Part shown: piece after piece, positions 17,616 through 26,479 of the stretch
Numbering within the stretch: position 1 is the first letter of the stretch
How the letters are laid out: each line of letters begins with the position of its first letter
Source of the DNA: an uncultured Verrucomicrobiota bacterium
Lineage (GTDB): Bacteria; Verrucomicrobiota; Kiritimatiellia; CAIKKV01; CAITUY01
Reading direction: 5' to 3'
DNA: 64,000 nt
Assembly: GCA_964611575.1 (NCBI GenBank)
Contig: CAZTAJ010000006.1
Coordinates: 2,780 to 66,779 of the forward strand
Made by a program: the position numbers and the translations under genes
Notes under the pieces: model-generated
What the model was told of the DNA's origin: nothing
What the model saw: the letters and a program-made list of their open reading frames with translations, nothing else
The model's database searches: none

Positions 17616-20600
17616 TCAGCGCAGGCGAAGAACCCGCACGCCGTACACCGGCGGCATGTCCACGGCGAGGGCGCCATCCTTCAGCGCGCCGATCGCCTTG
17701 CCGTTTTCCGCGTCCTCGACGGCGGTTCCCGGCGCGAATCCCAGTGCCTTTGTATCCAGAGTCACCGTCACCGTCTCCGCCTTCTCCGACCAGCTCGCGA
17801 GCACGATCATGACGTCGCGCGTGGCCGGCTTGGCGAAGACAATCCATTTGACCGGCTCGCTGGAGACCGTCAGGACCGGCGGGTCAGCCCAATAGCTGTG
17901 CACCTTCACGTCGTCCGTCCCATACCCGAAGTCCACGGCCACCTTCTCCAGCGCCCGGGCCGCGATCGCGGCCGGTTGATTGGTTTCGACCGCCTCCGGT
18001 GGCATGCGCTTGCTCAATTCGTGCACCATGCTCATGCCCCAGGTGGCGCGGCCGGGCCACTCGGGATGCTGCTTTTCGTATTCGAGCATGAGCGGATTCG
18101 TGAGGCCCCAGAGCGTCCGATGGCAATGGCCGTATACCCCCGTCTGCCGGCCCATCGTGGTGGTGCGGATCTCGGCGGGAGGAAACGGCTGGCCGTAACG
18201 CCCGCTCCATTCCAGGTCCAGACTCCCCGTCGCCCAGCCGTCCAGGGGAAGAATCTGGGTATTCGTCCGGTGGATGCACCATTCGATCTCGTCCGGCTGA
18301 TGCCGTTTCCAGTACTGGAGCAGGTTCCAGGTGCGCTTCTTGTATTCACGCTGGTTCCAGAGCGTGATCGCCGGCTGGATCGCTCCGTTCTCCGTGAGAT
18401 ACGCCGCAGTGGTGCGCGGGTTGTTCGAGAGTTTGGGATTGCAGTTGTCCCAGTACAGGCTGACGCCGCGCTTGAGCCATTCGTTGTGAATCGAAAGCGC
18501 GTAGTCCTGATACGAACGCGGATAGGTCGTGCTTGCGCCGCCGCCGTTCGGTCCTTTGCGGAACTCCTCGTCGGTCAGGCATTTCCGCTGGGTGAACGCG
18601 CGCATGCCCGTCCATTCGTCCTGGAAGGTCCACCACGGCGGCTGGTACGCGCAGGCGGCCATCTCCTCGGCGTAGACCATGGCCGGCCGCGGCCGGCGCG
18701 GCACGGCCCACTTGTTCACGAACTTGCGGATGCTGTCAGCCCAGTTCCAGGTTCCCTGAACCGGCGGCGGGTTGTATTGCGCCACGTAGTTGGTCAGCCA
18801 GGCCTCGTCCAGTTGCCCGGTCTTGTGGGCCGCGCAAATGCGGTCCACCACCGTCCAGTCGCCCCGATACGGCCCCTTGTACGAGCAACTCAGGCCGCCC
18901 CAGGGATTCACCGGTCCGGAAATGCTGGGCATGAGGTTGGCCTTGGCCCGCCACCCGTCCGGCATCGGTTTCACCGGCGAGGCCTGCAGGCCGAAGACCA
19001 GCTCATGCCGCGCGGCGATGACCGACGGCGTGTTGACCAGGTAGACCCGCAGCGTCAGGCGGTCGCCCTCGCGCACAAGGTCCTGCACGGGTGCCTTGCC
19101 GCCGTCCTTGGCCGTGAACCAGCCGCGGTCGTTTTCCGCAAACCACGCCAGGCCGCGCTCCTCAGCGCCGAACCAGAGGTAGCTGCAGAAACTGTTCTGC
19201 CACTCCCGGCCCCGCCGGGGCGCTTTGCCGCTGTTCCACACCTCGCCGTCGCCCGTCGGCGTCGGCCCGGCGGGATTACCGCGCAAGCTATCCACGAACG
19301 TGTGGTAGAGCGGCGCCTCGCGGTCCTTGATCGGGATTTCGATCCACAGGCGGGTAATCTCGGGTTTTGGGTTTCGGGTTTTGGGTTCCGAGTTTCGGGT
19401 TTCGGGTTTGCCCGGCGCGAGGGCCATCGCGACTTTCATGCAGCCGTCGAATTCGAGGGTGGACACGGCCTCGATGCGGACCGCCCCGCTTTCCGCCGCG
19501 GCGGCAAACACCGCCGCCTGCGGCGAGGCGGACCGCAAGGCCACCGACGATGTGGCCCAACGGCCCTCGCCGTCCGCCGTCTCGAATCGCACCGTCATCG
19601 GCCCGGCCAGCAGTTCGCGCCCCTGGCTGACAACCGAATCCCACAGGCCAAAGCCGTTCATCGTCTGCTCGCGGTCGACGACGGAGACCTTGCGCCCGTC
19701 CACCTTCACCGGCGTGAAGGGCGGATAGACCTCCTCGGTGATGCCCAGCGTATTGCCCTCCCAGGAAAAGACCTCGCGCCGCAACGGCTTCTCCAGCACC
19801 GTCGTCCCGGCGAGCCCTTCCAGGGTGAATTGAACCTTGTATTCTCCGCGTAACGGCGGGACTTCCAGCCGGGACTCCGGGGCCGCGCCGTCTTTCAGCG
19901 CGAGGCGCGCCTCCGCCAGCGGCTTGGCGCTCGGGTCGGCGGCCAGCAGGCGGACGACCGCGCCGGTATAGGCGCGGCCCGCCGCGGAGGCGGCGCGGTC
20001 GCGGACCATGAGGCGGCTGAAGTCCGCCGCGAGGTAAAGAAGATTTCTGGAGGGCTGGTAGGCGAAGAGGCAACCTCTCGCGAGCGCCGCCTTTCGGCGC
20101 TCCTCCTCGCTTTGTTTCGGAGCCGCCGCGCCGCCTATCGGTGCGACCCGGATGTCGTCTATATCAAGGCATTCGGGGCTGATCTGCGGGCTCCACCCGC
20201 TCTGCAAAGCGATCACGCCCTGGCCGATGCGGGTATCGCGGACCCGCGCGTGGAAATCGCCGTCGAGAAAGGTGGTGGCGGTGTCGCCGTTGACCGTCAC
20301 GGCAAAGGTGTGCCAGTTCGTGTCGGCCTTGCCGCCGGCGGGACCGGTCTCGTCACGCGCGTCGAGCGGTGACGGATTTCCATCCGTCTGAAAGTGAGGG
20401 CCCGACAATTCCCAGATCTTGCTGCGCTTATCCCAGCGTACCTCCATGACGTAGGCTTCGTACGGGTTGTCTTCCGCCGGATTCACCCGCCAGAGGATGC
20501 GAAGAAGAACGGCCCTGCCGCGCACCTGGACCGGCAGGTCGGGGATCCGGCCGGCGCGGAAGCGGAAACTCAGGGTGTAATCGCTCCAGGCCTCAAGTTT

Positions 20601-20951
20601 GTCGCCAAGTGTGGCGGTTTTCTTCCAGTCGCCCGGTTTCACCCAGGGCCCGGCGAGCATCTGCCCCCCCGCGGTGAAGCGAGCTACCAGATTGCCCTTT
20701 GGTGGCTCGTTTGTTGCGGTTTTTCCTTGTACGACATCGTCCTTGAGGTCGATGCCGTTGTCCAGGGCGGAAGTCAGGTCCGGCAGTTCCATTTTTTCTG
20801 GAACGATTTCGATGCCCGGGGAAACCAGGGCCCAGTTCGGGTTGAAGCCGTTCTGGAACGTATCTTCGAGAAGCGGCGGCGGCGCATCGCCCGCCCGGGC
20901 GGTCGCCATCGCCAGAATGAATAGTCCAACATACGCTGCCGTTTTCTTCAT
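17616..20951 (-). CDS. giant secreted protein, LamG/DUF1080-like N-domain plus GH123/DUF4091-like C-region (tentative glycan-active)
   Basis: Signal peptide MKKTAAYVGLFILAMATARA and an AAGGAG RBS before ATG 20951. The C-terminal region is similar in layout to the 13782..17546 product. Confidence 0.6.
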   Translation of the reverse strand: MKKTAAYVGLFILAMATARAGDAPPPLLEDTFQNGFNPNWALVSPGIEIVPEKMELPDLTSALDNGIDLKDDVVQGKTATNEPPKGNLVARFTAGGQMLAGPWVKPGDWKKTATLGDKLEAWSDYTLSFRFRAGRIPDLPVQVRGRAVLLRILWRVNPAEDNPYEAYVMEVRWDKRSKIWELSGPHFQTDGNPSPLDARDETGPAGGKADTNWHTFAVTVNGDTATTFLDGDFHARVRDTRIGQGVIALQSGWSPQISPECLDIDDIRVAPIGGAAAPKQSEEERRKAALARGCLFAYQPSRNLLYLAADFSRLMVRDRAASAAGRAYTGAVVRLLAADPSAKPLAEARLALKDGAAPESRLEVPPLRGEYKVQFTLEGLAGTTVLEKPLRREVFSWEGNTLGITEEVYPPFTPVKVDGRKVSVVDREQTMNGFGLWDSVVSQGRELLAGPMTVRFETADGEGRWATSSVALRSASPQAAVFAAAAESGAVRIEAVSTLEFDGCMKVAMALAPGKPETRNSEPKTRNPKPEITRLWIEIPIKDREAPLYHTFVDSLRGNPAGPTPTGDGEVWNSGKAPRRGREWQNSFCSYLWFGAEERGLAWFAENDRGWFTAKDGGKAPVQDLVREGDRLTLRVYLVNTPSVIAARHELVFGLQASPVKPMPDGWRAKANLMPSISGPVNPWGGLSCSYKGPYRGDWTVVDRICAAHKTGQLDEAWLTNYVAQYNPPPVQGTWNWADSIRKFVNKWAVPRRPRPAMVYAEEMAACAYQPPWWTFQDEWTGMRAFTQRKCLTDEEFRKGPNGGGASTTYPRSYQDYALSIHNEWLKRGVSLYWDNCNPKLSNNPRTTAAYLTENGAIQPAITLWNQREYKKRTWNLLQYWKRHQPDEIEWCIHRTNTQILPLDGWATGSLDLEWSGRYGQPFPPAEIRTTTMGRQTGVYGHCHRTLWGLTNPLMLEYEKQHPEWPGRATWGMSMVHELSKRMPPEAVETNQPAAIAARALEKVAVDFGYGTDDVKVHSYWADPPVLTVSSEPVKWIVFAKPATRDVMIVLASWSEKAETVTVTLDTKALGFAPGTAVEDAENGKAIGALKDGALAVDMPPVYGVRVLRLR
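19362..19410. repeat. seven tandem heptamers (coding strand AAACCCG-type), in-frame inside the 17616..20951 gene
   Basis: Plus strand reads gggtttt gggtttc gggtttt gggttcc gagtttc gggtttc gggtttg, which encodes KPETRNSEPKTRNPKPEI. Confidence 0.9.
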
Positions 20952-21133
20952 GTCGTCCTGACTCCTTTCGCCGGTATTCCTCGTATTCCCAATGCTAATC
21001 CTAATCGTAATCCATACCCTGGACCCTGTCGCCTTCCGACGGGTGGCGGGGTTCACCGAACGTAGATCACGCTGCCTTTGGCCGGCACGGAGATCGATAC
21101 GTCCTGCGGGGCGACATACCAGTTACTGCTTCC

Positions 21134-22252
21134 TCAAAGCCTCATCGCGCCCACAGCCTCTTCCGCCGACTCCACCACCGCGTCCCCATTTCCATCGGGG
21201 ATGAACGCGCAGGGCAGTACGGCCGCCTTCGGCGGGAGCGTCTCGCCCCGCATGAGGCGCGCCATGGCGTCCGCCACACCCGCGGCCAGCGCCTCGGGAT
21301 CCATCTCGATGCGAGCGACGGGAAAAGGCGAGCGCAACGCGATGCCGCGGGCGGTCATGACCACGAGCATCAACTGCTCGGGGACGCGGATCCGCAGTTC
21401 CTGCACGGCCTGCACGAGATCGCGGAACAGCACGTCGTCGGTCACGATCAACGCGTCCGGCTTCTCGGTCCGCGCCACCCACAGTTCGCGAAAAGCCTCC
21501 CAGCCGGCGCCGCCGTCCAGAGGATGGAACGCTTGGGCACACCGGCGCTCGTCGTACTCCAGCCCCGCCCGCTCCAGCGCCTCGCGTATGGGATACGGGC
21601 ACGCGGCTCGCTCGGGACTCGGATCGCGCCGCTGAGCCCACTCGAGCACCGCAACGCGGCGCCTGCCTGCCGCCGCCAGCCAGGCTGCGGCCTGACGGAG
21701 GGCCGTTTCGGTGTCGAACCGCGCGGGGTACGGTGCGTCTTCGCCCCCGATTTGGGGGATTTGCAGTTGGCGGATCGCGTCCAACCATCGGGCATGGAGG
21801 CGGCCGTTGACCGCGATGACCCCGCCCAGTTCGCCGTTCTGCAAGTCGTTGAGCAGGTCCGGAGCATCGCTCTCGGAAAGATCGCCTCGCGGATCGCGCG
21901 TCCTCAGGTAGAGCCGCGCGCGCAGTCCGTTACGGTGAAGGGCGATCTGCAAGTGCTGCAGAAGCAGGAGGGAGAAATCCGAGAAATAGGTGCGGGTCAC
22001 GTCGGCCTTGGCGACCAGCGCCACGGGCCTCGTTTCCCGGCGTGCGTTCACATAGATGCCGCTGCCGTGGCGCACCGCGATAAGCCCCTGCTGCTTGAGA
22101 GAGGCCAGCGCTTCGCGCACGGTGATGACGCTCACGCCATGCAGGCGGGCGAGTTCCCGTACGGTCGGTAATCGTCCTTCACCGAACCCGCCCTGACCGA
22201 TTTTCCGCCGAAGTCGATCCGCCAGTTGTCCGCTGAGCGATTGTCTGTTCAT
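21134..22252 (-). CDS. GntR-type wHTH regulator fused to a LacI/PBP-like sugar-binding domain
   Basis: LPTVRELARLHGVSVITVREALASLKQQGLI wHTH followed by a roughly 290-aa periplasmic-binding-fold-like region. Confidence 0.8.
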   Translation of the reverse strand: MNRQSLSGQLADRLRRKIGQGGFGEGRLPTVRELARLHGVSVITVREALASLKQQGLIAVRHGSGIYVNARRETRPVALVAKADVTRTYFSDFSLLLLQHLQIALHRNGLRARLYLRTRDPRGDLSESDAPDLLNDLQNGELGGVIAVNGRLHARWLDAIRQLQIPQIGGEDAPYPARFDTETALRQAAAWLAAAGRRRVAVLEWAQRRDPSPERAACPYPIREALERAGLEYDERRCAQAFHPLDGGAGWEAFRELWVARTEKPDALIVTDDVLFRDLVQAVQELRIRVPEQLMLVVMTARGIALRSPFPVARIEMDPEALAAGVADAMARLMRGETLPPKAAVLPCAFIPDGNGDAVVESAEEAVGAMRL

Positions 22253-22274
22253 GCGCCTTCCAGTGCTCTAAGAA

Positions 22275-22295
22275 GTGATATGATGACCATATCAC
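22275..22295. promoter_or_regulatory. candidate operator GTGATATG-N5-CATATCAC
   Basis: Perfect 8-bp inverted repeat in an AT-rich patch 23 bp upstream of the GntR-type regulator start. Confidence 0.35.
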
Positions 22296-22429
22296 TACAT
22301 TTAAGACGCTCCATTGTCAATAGGATCGTTCTGTTGAAGGCGCCGACAGCGCACTGGCAGCCTGTCGGACTTACGTTTCGGCGGTCACCCGCAACCGCCA
22401 CTGGCCCGGGGCGGCCGAGTTTATCCCAG

Positions 22430-22816
22430 CTAAGCGTTTGTCTGCGAGCTCGTCGCCTGGTCCACGCAACGATCACCCTGGGTGATCTTCATCCACCAGG
22501 TTTCCGAGGTCAGCCGGCGAATGCCGCACAGTCCCACGGCGATGTACACGAACCCCAGCGTCAGCAGGACGATGGCGTTGTAGGGGGGCGGAAGCAGGGC
22601 GAACAGGCCCACATGCACCAGGATAACACCCGTCAGCGCCAGGAGCAGACAGGCAGCCAATGCCACCAGGGACCGGCATATTTCCCGGGCCACCTGCACG
22701 CCCCGCAGATAGAGCATCGTGGCATGGATCTTGATCAGATCCAGCCACGTCCGCCGGTACTGCCCTATCACCCAGGCCGAAATGCCGCCCAGGGCCGCTT
22801 TGAAAAAACCATTCAT
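22430..22816 (-). CDS. YqjE-like (DUF1469/holin-X family) two-TM membrane protein
   Basis: Amphipathic N-terminus plus two TM helices. Positioned directly downstream of a YqjD/ElaB homolog, as in the E. coli yqjD-yqjE arrangement. Confidence 0.5.
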   Translation of the reverse strand: MNGFFKAALGGISAWVIGQYRRTWLDLIKIHATMLYLRGVQVAREICRSLVALAACLLLALTGVILVHVGLFALLPPPYNAIVLLTLGFVYIAVGLCGIRRLTSETWWMKITQGDRCVDQATSSQTNA

Positions 22817-22848
22817 GTCATACGGTTATCACGAACAGACATCCACGG

Positions 22849-23178
22849 CTATTTCTTACGGCCGAGGATGTAGCCCAGGAGCAGGCCCGTCAACGCCGCG
22901 CCGCCGATGTAGGCCCACGGGTTCTCATGAACGTGTTCGTCGACAGCCTTGGCCTTCTCCTCGCCAATTTCCTTGGCATGGCGTAAAGCCTCTGCGGCAC
23001 GCTTCTGCGCCGCCACGAGCGAATCGGCAACCGCATGCTCGCTGTCCACCAGCACGCTCTTCAAATGGCCATACTTGCTGGCGACCATGCCCTTGAGCTC
23101 GTCCTTTTTCTCCCGTGCCGCTTCCTCCAGCAGTTTCAGGGCCTCTGCGATCTTCTCGTTTCCGTGTGTCGTGTCCAT
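22849..23178 (-). CDS. YqjD/ElaB-family (DUF883) tail-anchored membrane protein
   Basis: Helical N-part and a C-terminal ENPWAYIGGAALTGLLLGYILGRKK anchor. Start trimmed to ATG 23178 with a GGGAGG RBS. Confidence 0.75.
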   Translation of the reverse strand: MDTTHGNEKIAEALKLLEEAAREKKDELKGMVASKYGHLKSVLVDSEHAVADSLVAAQKRAAEALRHAKEIGEEKAKAVDEHVHENPWAYIGGAALTGLLLGYILGRKK

Positions 23179-23284
23179 AACAGCCTCCCTTCTTCTGTCC
23201 GGATTGTGCCCCCGCCGCCCCACGCCGTCCAGCAAAACCTTTTGCACCTGAACCCGGAACACTGGCGTCCCATAGGGACGCCAA

Positions 23285-23314
23285 GGCTGAAGCGGTTTAG
23301 GCTGAAGGCTATTA
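23285..23314. repeat. 30-bp perfect direct repeat, copy 1 (ggctgaagcggtttaggctgaaggctatta)
   Basis: Identical to 23614..23643. An inverted partial copy (taggctgaaggct) lies at 23728..23745. Confidence 0.95.
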
Positions 23315-23377
23315 ACACCTTACGAATTGAATTCGTCGCATCGTGGTCATAATTGCAGACGGGAACGAGAAGATGCG

Positions 23378-23602
23378 CCACGGAGGCACGGAGAAGAGAA
23401 CCCGTGAAGGCGAACGACCTTCCTTTCTGTGGACTCGACAACCCGGTGTTGCGCGAATGGGGCGCAGGGCCGGGGTCTCCATGCCGCCGGATGTGTGCCT
23501 GTAATGACCGAGGCCCTGTGCCCCATTCGCGCAACGTCTTCTCGGGAGGAAGAGGGGAGCATGAAGGAGACGGGTCTTCTCCGTGCTTCCGTGTCTCCGT
23601 GG
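23378..23602 (+). other. 225-nt imperfect palindrome: candidate structured RNA (6S-like rod with internal loop) or MITE/ERIC-like element
   Basis: The outer arms 23378-23405 and 23570-23602 pair in 8+12+5 bp blocks. The inner arms 23448-23471 and 23512-23535 pair over 24 bp, where the only non-Watson-Crick position is G opposite T on the plus strand. The internal loops are 42 and 34 nt and the apical loop is 40 nt. Confidence 0.4.
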
Positions 23603-23613
23603 TGGGACGCTGA

Positions 23614-23643
23614 GGCTGAAGCGGTTTAGGCTGAAGGCTATTA
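23614..23643. repeat. 30-bp perfect direct repeat, copy 2
   Basis: Identical to 23285..23314. Confidence 0.95.
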
Positions 23644-23827
23644 GGTGAAATGGCAGGAAGTCGCTCTCCCAATGTCGTAAATGCCCTGGAGTGGAAACGA
23701 GTAGAAATGCACGCATTCCCTAACAGTCTTCAGCCTTCAGCCTATCAACCTGCATCCTGTGGGATGCCAATGAACCCGGAAGGCTTGCCTTTGGCTGCCA
23801 TCAGCGCAATACTCGCGTCCAGACACC

Positions 23828-24484
23828 ATGAATGCCAACCTTCATGCCCGGTGGACGGGACTGAGAACCGGATTCCTCAGTCTGGCCCTCATCGCCGTCT
23901 CAGGCCCGTTTGCGGCGGGCGCCGAATCCTCGGAACCCGCCGTCAACCGCGGCGACACCACCGACGAGGTCGTCGCCAAACTCGGCCTCCCGAGGGGTAA
24001 GATCGAGCGCAAGAATCAGATCACCTATTCCTACGACCGCGGCATGGTTAATTTCATCGACGGCCGGGTGGTCAACGCATTTCTGGTGACGCCCGAGGAG
24101 GGGGAACGCCGGAAGGCCGAGCAGGATCGGGCGGCCGAGGCCGCACGCCGGCGGGTTGACCTGCAGCAACAACGCTACCTCGCCAGCGTCAGCTCAAACT
24201 TGGCGGCGCCCCAGGCTGCCGCCGCGGCGGTGGCCACCCGCCCGACAGACCGGGATGAACTGAAGATCCTGTCAGCCCGCCTCGAGGTGATTCAGGCGCG
24301 GCGCAAAGAACTGGATGCCGCCTTCGCCGCCTCCCTCGCGAACTGGAAACGCAAGGAAATCGATCTCGAGCGGGCCAAACTCGCCACGGAGTTCGATGAG
24401 TGCCTGCGGCGCCTGGCCGAACGCCAGAACACGACCCCCGTTGTCACCTCGAACGCCGCCGCCGCAACGGCGACCGGACGATGA
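23828..24484 (+). CDS. hypothetical secreted coiled-coil protein
   Basis: Signal peptide (FLSLALIAVSGPFAAGA) and a charged helical C-half. ATGA overlap with the dus start. Confidence 0.55.
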   Translation: MNANLHARWTGLRTGFLSLALIAVSGPFAAGAESSEPAVNRGDTTDEVVAKLGLPRGKIERKNQITYSYDRGMVNFIDGRVVNAFLVTPEEGERRKAEQDRAAEAARRRVDLQQQRYLASVSSNLAAPQAAAAAVATRPTDRDELKILSARLEVIQARRKELDAAFAASLANWKRKEIDLERAKLATEFDECLRRLAERQNTTPVVTSNAAAATATGR

Positions 24485-25491
24485 CCCGCCCGTTTCCCCC
24501 ACCCCTGACCCTGCGCGGCATACGGTTCGAGCCGCCGTTGTTCTGCGCGCCCATGGCGGGCATCACCCACAGCGCCTTCCGTCGATTGCTGGCTGACTTC
24601 GGCGGTTATGGCGCCCTGTTCACCGAAATGCTGTCCGCTCGCGCCATCGTCGGCGAGGATATCCGGCAGTCGCCGTGGCTCAAGCGACGCCCCGCCGAAG
24701 GCCGCGTGATTTATCAACTGCTGGCTGAAAGCGCCGATCGACTGCCGGAAGCGCTTGAACGCCTGGCGCCCCTCGCGCCTGATGGCATCGACCTTAATAG
24801 CGCCTGCCCGGCCCCGACGGTGCGTCAGAAAGGCGGCGGAGCCGACCTCTTCGAGGATGCCGACCGCCTGCGCGACATTGTGAGAACATTGCGCGCCCAT
24901 GTCGCCGGCCCGCTGACGGTCAAAATCCGGCTCGGCCGCCAGGGTCCCTCCTGGCGCGAACGCCTGAGCGAGCGCCTGCGCCTGCTCGTGGATGAAGGGG
25001 TGGACGCCCTGACGGTACATCCCCGCTTTTCCGGCGAGAACCTGAGCCGGGTTCCCCGGCACGATCTCTACGCCGAACTGGCCGATGAGACGCGTCTCCC
25101 GATCATTGCCAACGCCGACATCACCGGCGTGGAGGACTGGCGCCGCCGCTCGGCGCCGTATGCGCCCGTGGCCGGCTTGATGATCGGCCGCATGGCCGCC
25201 GTGCGCCCATGGGTGTTCGCCCGATGGCTCGACCCGGACTTGATCGTCGACCCGGCCGAGGTATGGACCCGGCTGTTCGGGTACATCCTTGACGACTTCC
25301 CTCGAGCCGGCCAGGCCCTGGCGCGCGTCAAGATCTTCACGAGCTACTTCGCCCGCAATTTCGTCTTCGGCCACACGCTCTTCGTGGCGGTGCAGTCCGC
25401 GCCCGACCTCGAGGCGGCCCGAACCCGCGCCCTGCAGTTCTTCGCCGGGTCCCCTGCCCTCACGCAACATCCGTCAATCAACGGGATATGA
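24481..25491 (+). CDS. dus: tRNA-dihydrouridine synthase family protein
   Basis: FCAPMAGITHSAFR, DLNSACPAP and TVKIRLG motifs. Start trimmed to ATG 24481. Confidence 0.85.
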   Translation: MTRPFPPPLTLRGIRFEPPLFCAPMAGITHSAFRRLLADFGGYGALFTEMLSARAIVGEDIRQSPWLKRRPAEGRVIYQLLAESADRLPEALERLAPLAPDGIDLNSACPAPTVRQKGGGADLFEDADRLRDIVRTLRAHVAGPLTVKIRLGRQGPSWRERLSERLRLLVDEGVDALTVHPRFSGENLSRVPRHDLYAELADETRLPIIANADITGVEDWRRRSAPYAPVAGLMIGRMAAVRPWVFARWLDPDLIVDPAEVWTRLFGYILDDFPRAGQALARVKIFTSYFARNFVFGHTLFVAVQSAPDLEAARTRALQFFAGSPALTQHPSINGI

Positions 25492-26479
25492 CCGGCTCCG
25501 CCTCGCATTGGCCGAAGGCCTTCCAGGCGCGGATCATGGCGCGGTAGTTCTCCATCGGCACTTCAGCCTGGACGGCATTGGAAGCGCCCAGGACCAGGCC
25601 CCCTTCATCCTTGCACGTGGCCAGCAAACTCCGGGTTGACTCATAGACCTCATCGGGACGGCCCCGGAGCAGCAGGCCGCAGTCGATGTTGCCGCACAGA
25701 CAGAGCCGACGCCCGACGACGTCCATCGTCTTGCGCATATCCATGCCGGCAATCGGATCGATCGCCTGGATGGCATCCAGTCCCGTCGAGGCAATGGCAT
25801 CCATGTACTTCGTGAGATTACCGTCGGAATGCAGAATGGAGTACAGACCCATCTCCCGGATCGCGTCCGACCACTGGGTCAGGTACGGCAGCACCCAGCG
25901 GTCCATCTGTGCGGGACTGAAGAACGGCCCGGAATTATCGGCCATGTCCGAGGCCGAGACAACCGCTTCCGCGCCACAGTCCTGGAATCGTTTGGCGGTC
26001 GCCAGGGCATTGCGGAGGCCGTCCCGCGCACTTTGGTCAACCCCCTCCGGATCGTCCACCAGGCGATAGCAGAACTCAGGCGAATAGTTCGCCCCGATGA
26101 TACCCCCCGTGATCGCGATGAGCATGAGGTCGGGCGGGGCCAGTTCCCGCAGAACGGCCGTTTGCCGGAAGCGGGTGTCGCCAGGCAGGCAGTAGTACGC
26201 CAGTTCGCCCGGCGAATGGTTCCAGTACGCGTTGGGAACCGTCAGGGCCGCATAGTTCATGTCCGCCGAGACGGAGAGCAGGATCTCGGCGTTGGCATAC
26301 AGGGCACTCTCTTGTTCAACCGGCGAAAGTGCTTCAAACTCGCGACCGAGCACCACGTGCCTGCCGGACGCCGCATCCCAGGCCTGGAATTCGATTTCCC
26401 ACACAGGCACCGAGACCGCGGGAATTCGCCGTGACAATGCGGCGATCATGTCATCTTTCTTCGTCACACCTTGCTCCAC
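25478..26479 (-). CDS. uroporphyrinogen decarboxylase (URO-D) family protein, paralog 1
   Basis: URO-D/MtaA-like TIM barrel recalled from SILHSDGN...DAIQAIDP...LCLCGNID. GTG 26479 (alternative ATG 26449). Confidence 0.7.
   Translation of the reverse strand: MEQGVTKKDDMIAALSRRIPAVSVPVWEIEFQAWDAASGRHVVLGREFEALSPVEQESALYANAEILLSVSADMNYAALTVPNAYWNHSPGELAYYCLPGDTRFRQTAVLRELAPPDLMLIAITGGIIGANYSPEFCYRLVDDPEGVDQSARDGLRNALATAKRFQDCGAEAVVSASDMADNSGPFFSPAQMDRWVLPYLTQWSDAIREMGLYSILHSDGNLTKYMDAIASTGLDAIQAIDPIAGMDMRKTMDVVGRRLCLCGNIDCGLLLRGRPDEVYESTRSLLATCKDEGGLVLGASNAVQAEVPMENYRAMIRAWKAFGQCEAEPVISR

Noticed and set aside
16860-19853. Very long antisense ORFs opposite real genes, for example 16860..19853 (997 aa). 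Others include 37440..40625 (1061 aa), 32053..33660, 7843..9258, 10493..11887, 13812..15500, 46768..48759 and 62226..63812.
   Set aside because: Their translations are R/G/P/A/H-rich low-complexity strings with no motifs. They mirror well-supported genes on the other strand, and long stop-free shadow frames are expected in GC-rich DNA.
23285-23643. Possibility that the 30-bp direct repeats are a mini-CRISPR array.
   Set aside because: There are only two copies, separated by 299 bp. That is about 10 times a normal spacer, and the interval is itself a long palindrome. No cas genes are in the window.
23651-23665. Sigma54-like TGGCAGGAAGTCGCT upstream of the 23828 gene, and TGGTGCCTTCATGCA at 11829-11843.
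   Set aside because: In both, the GG-to-GC spacing is one nucleotide short of the TGGCACG-N4-TTGC consensus. The second has no downstream plus-strand gene.
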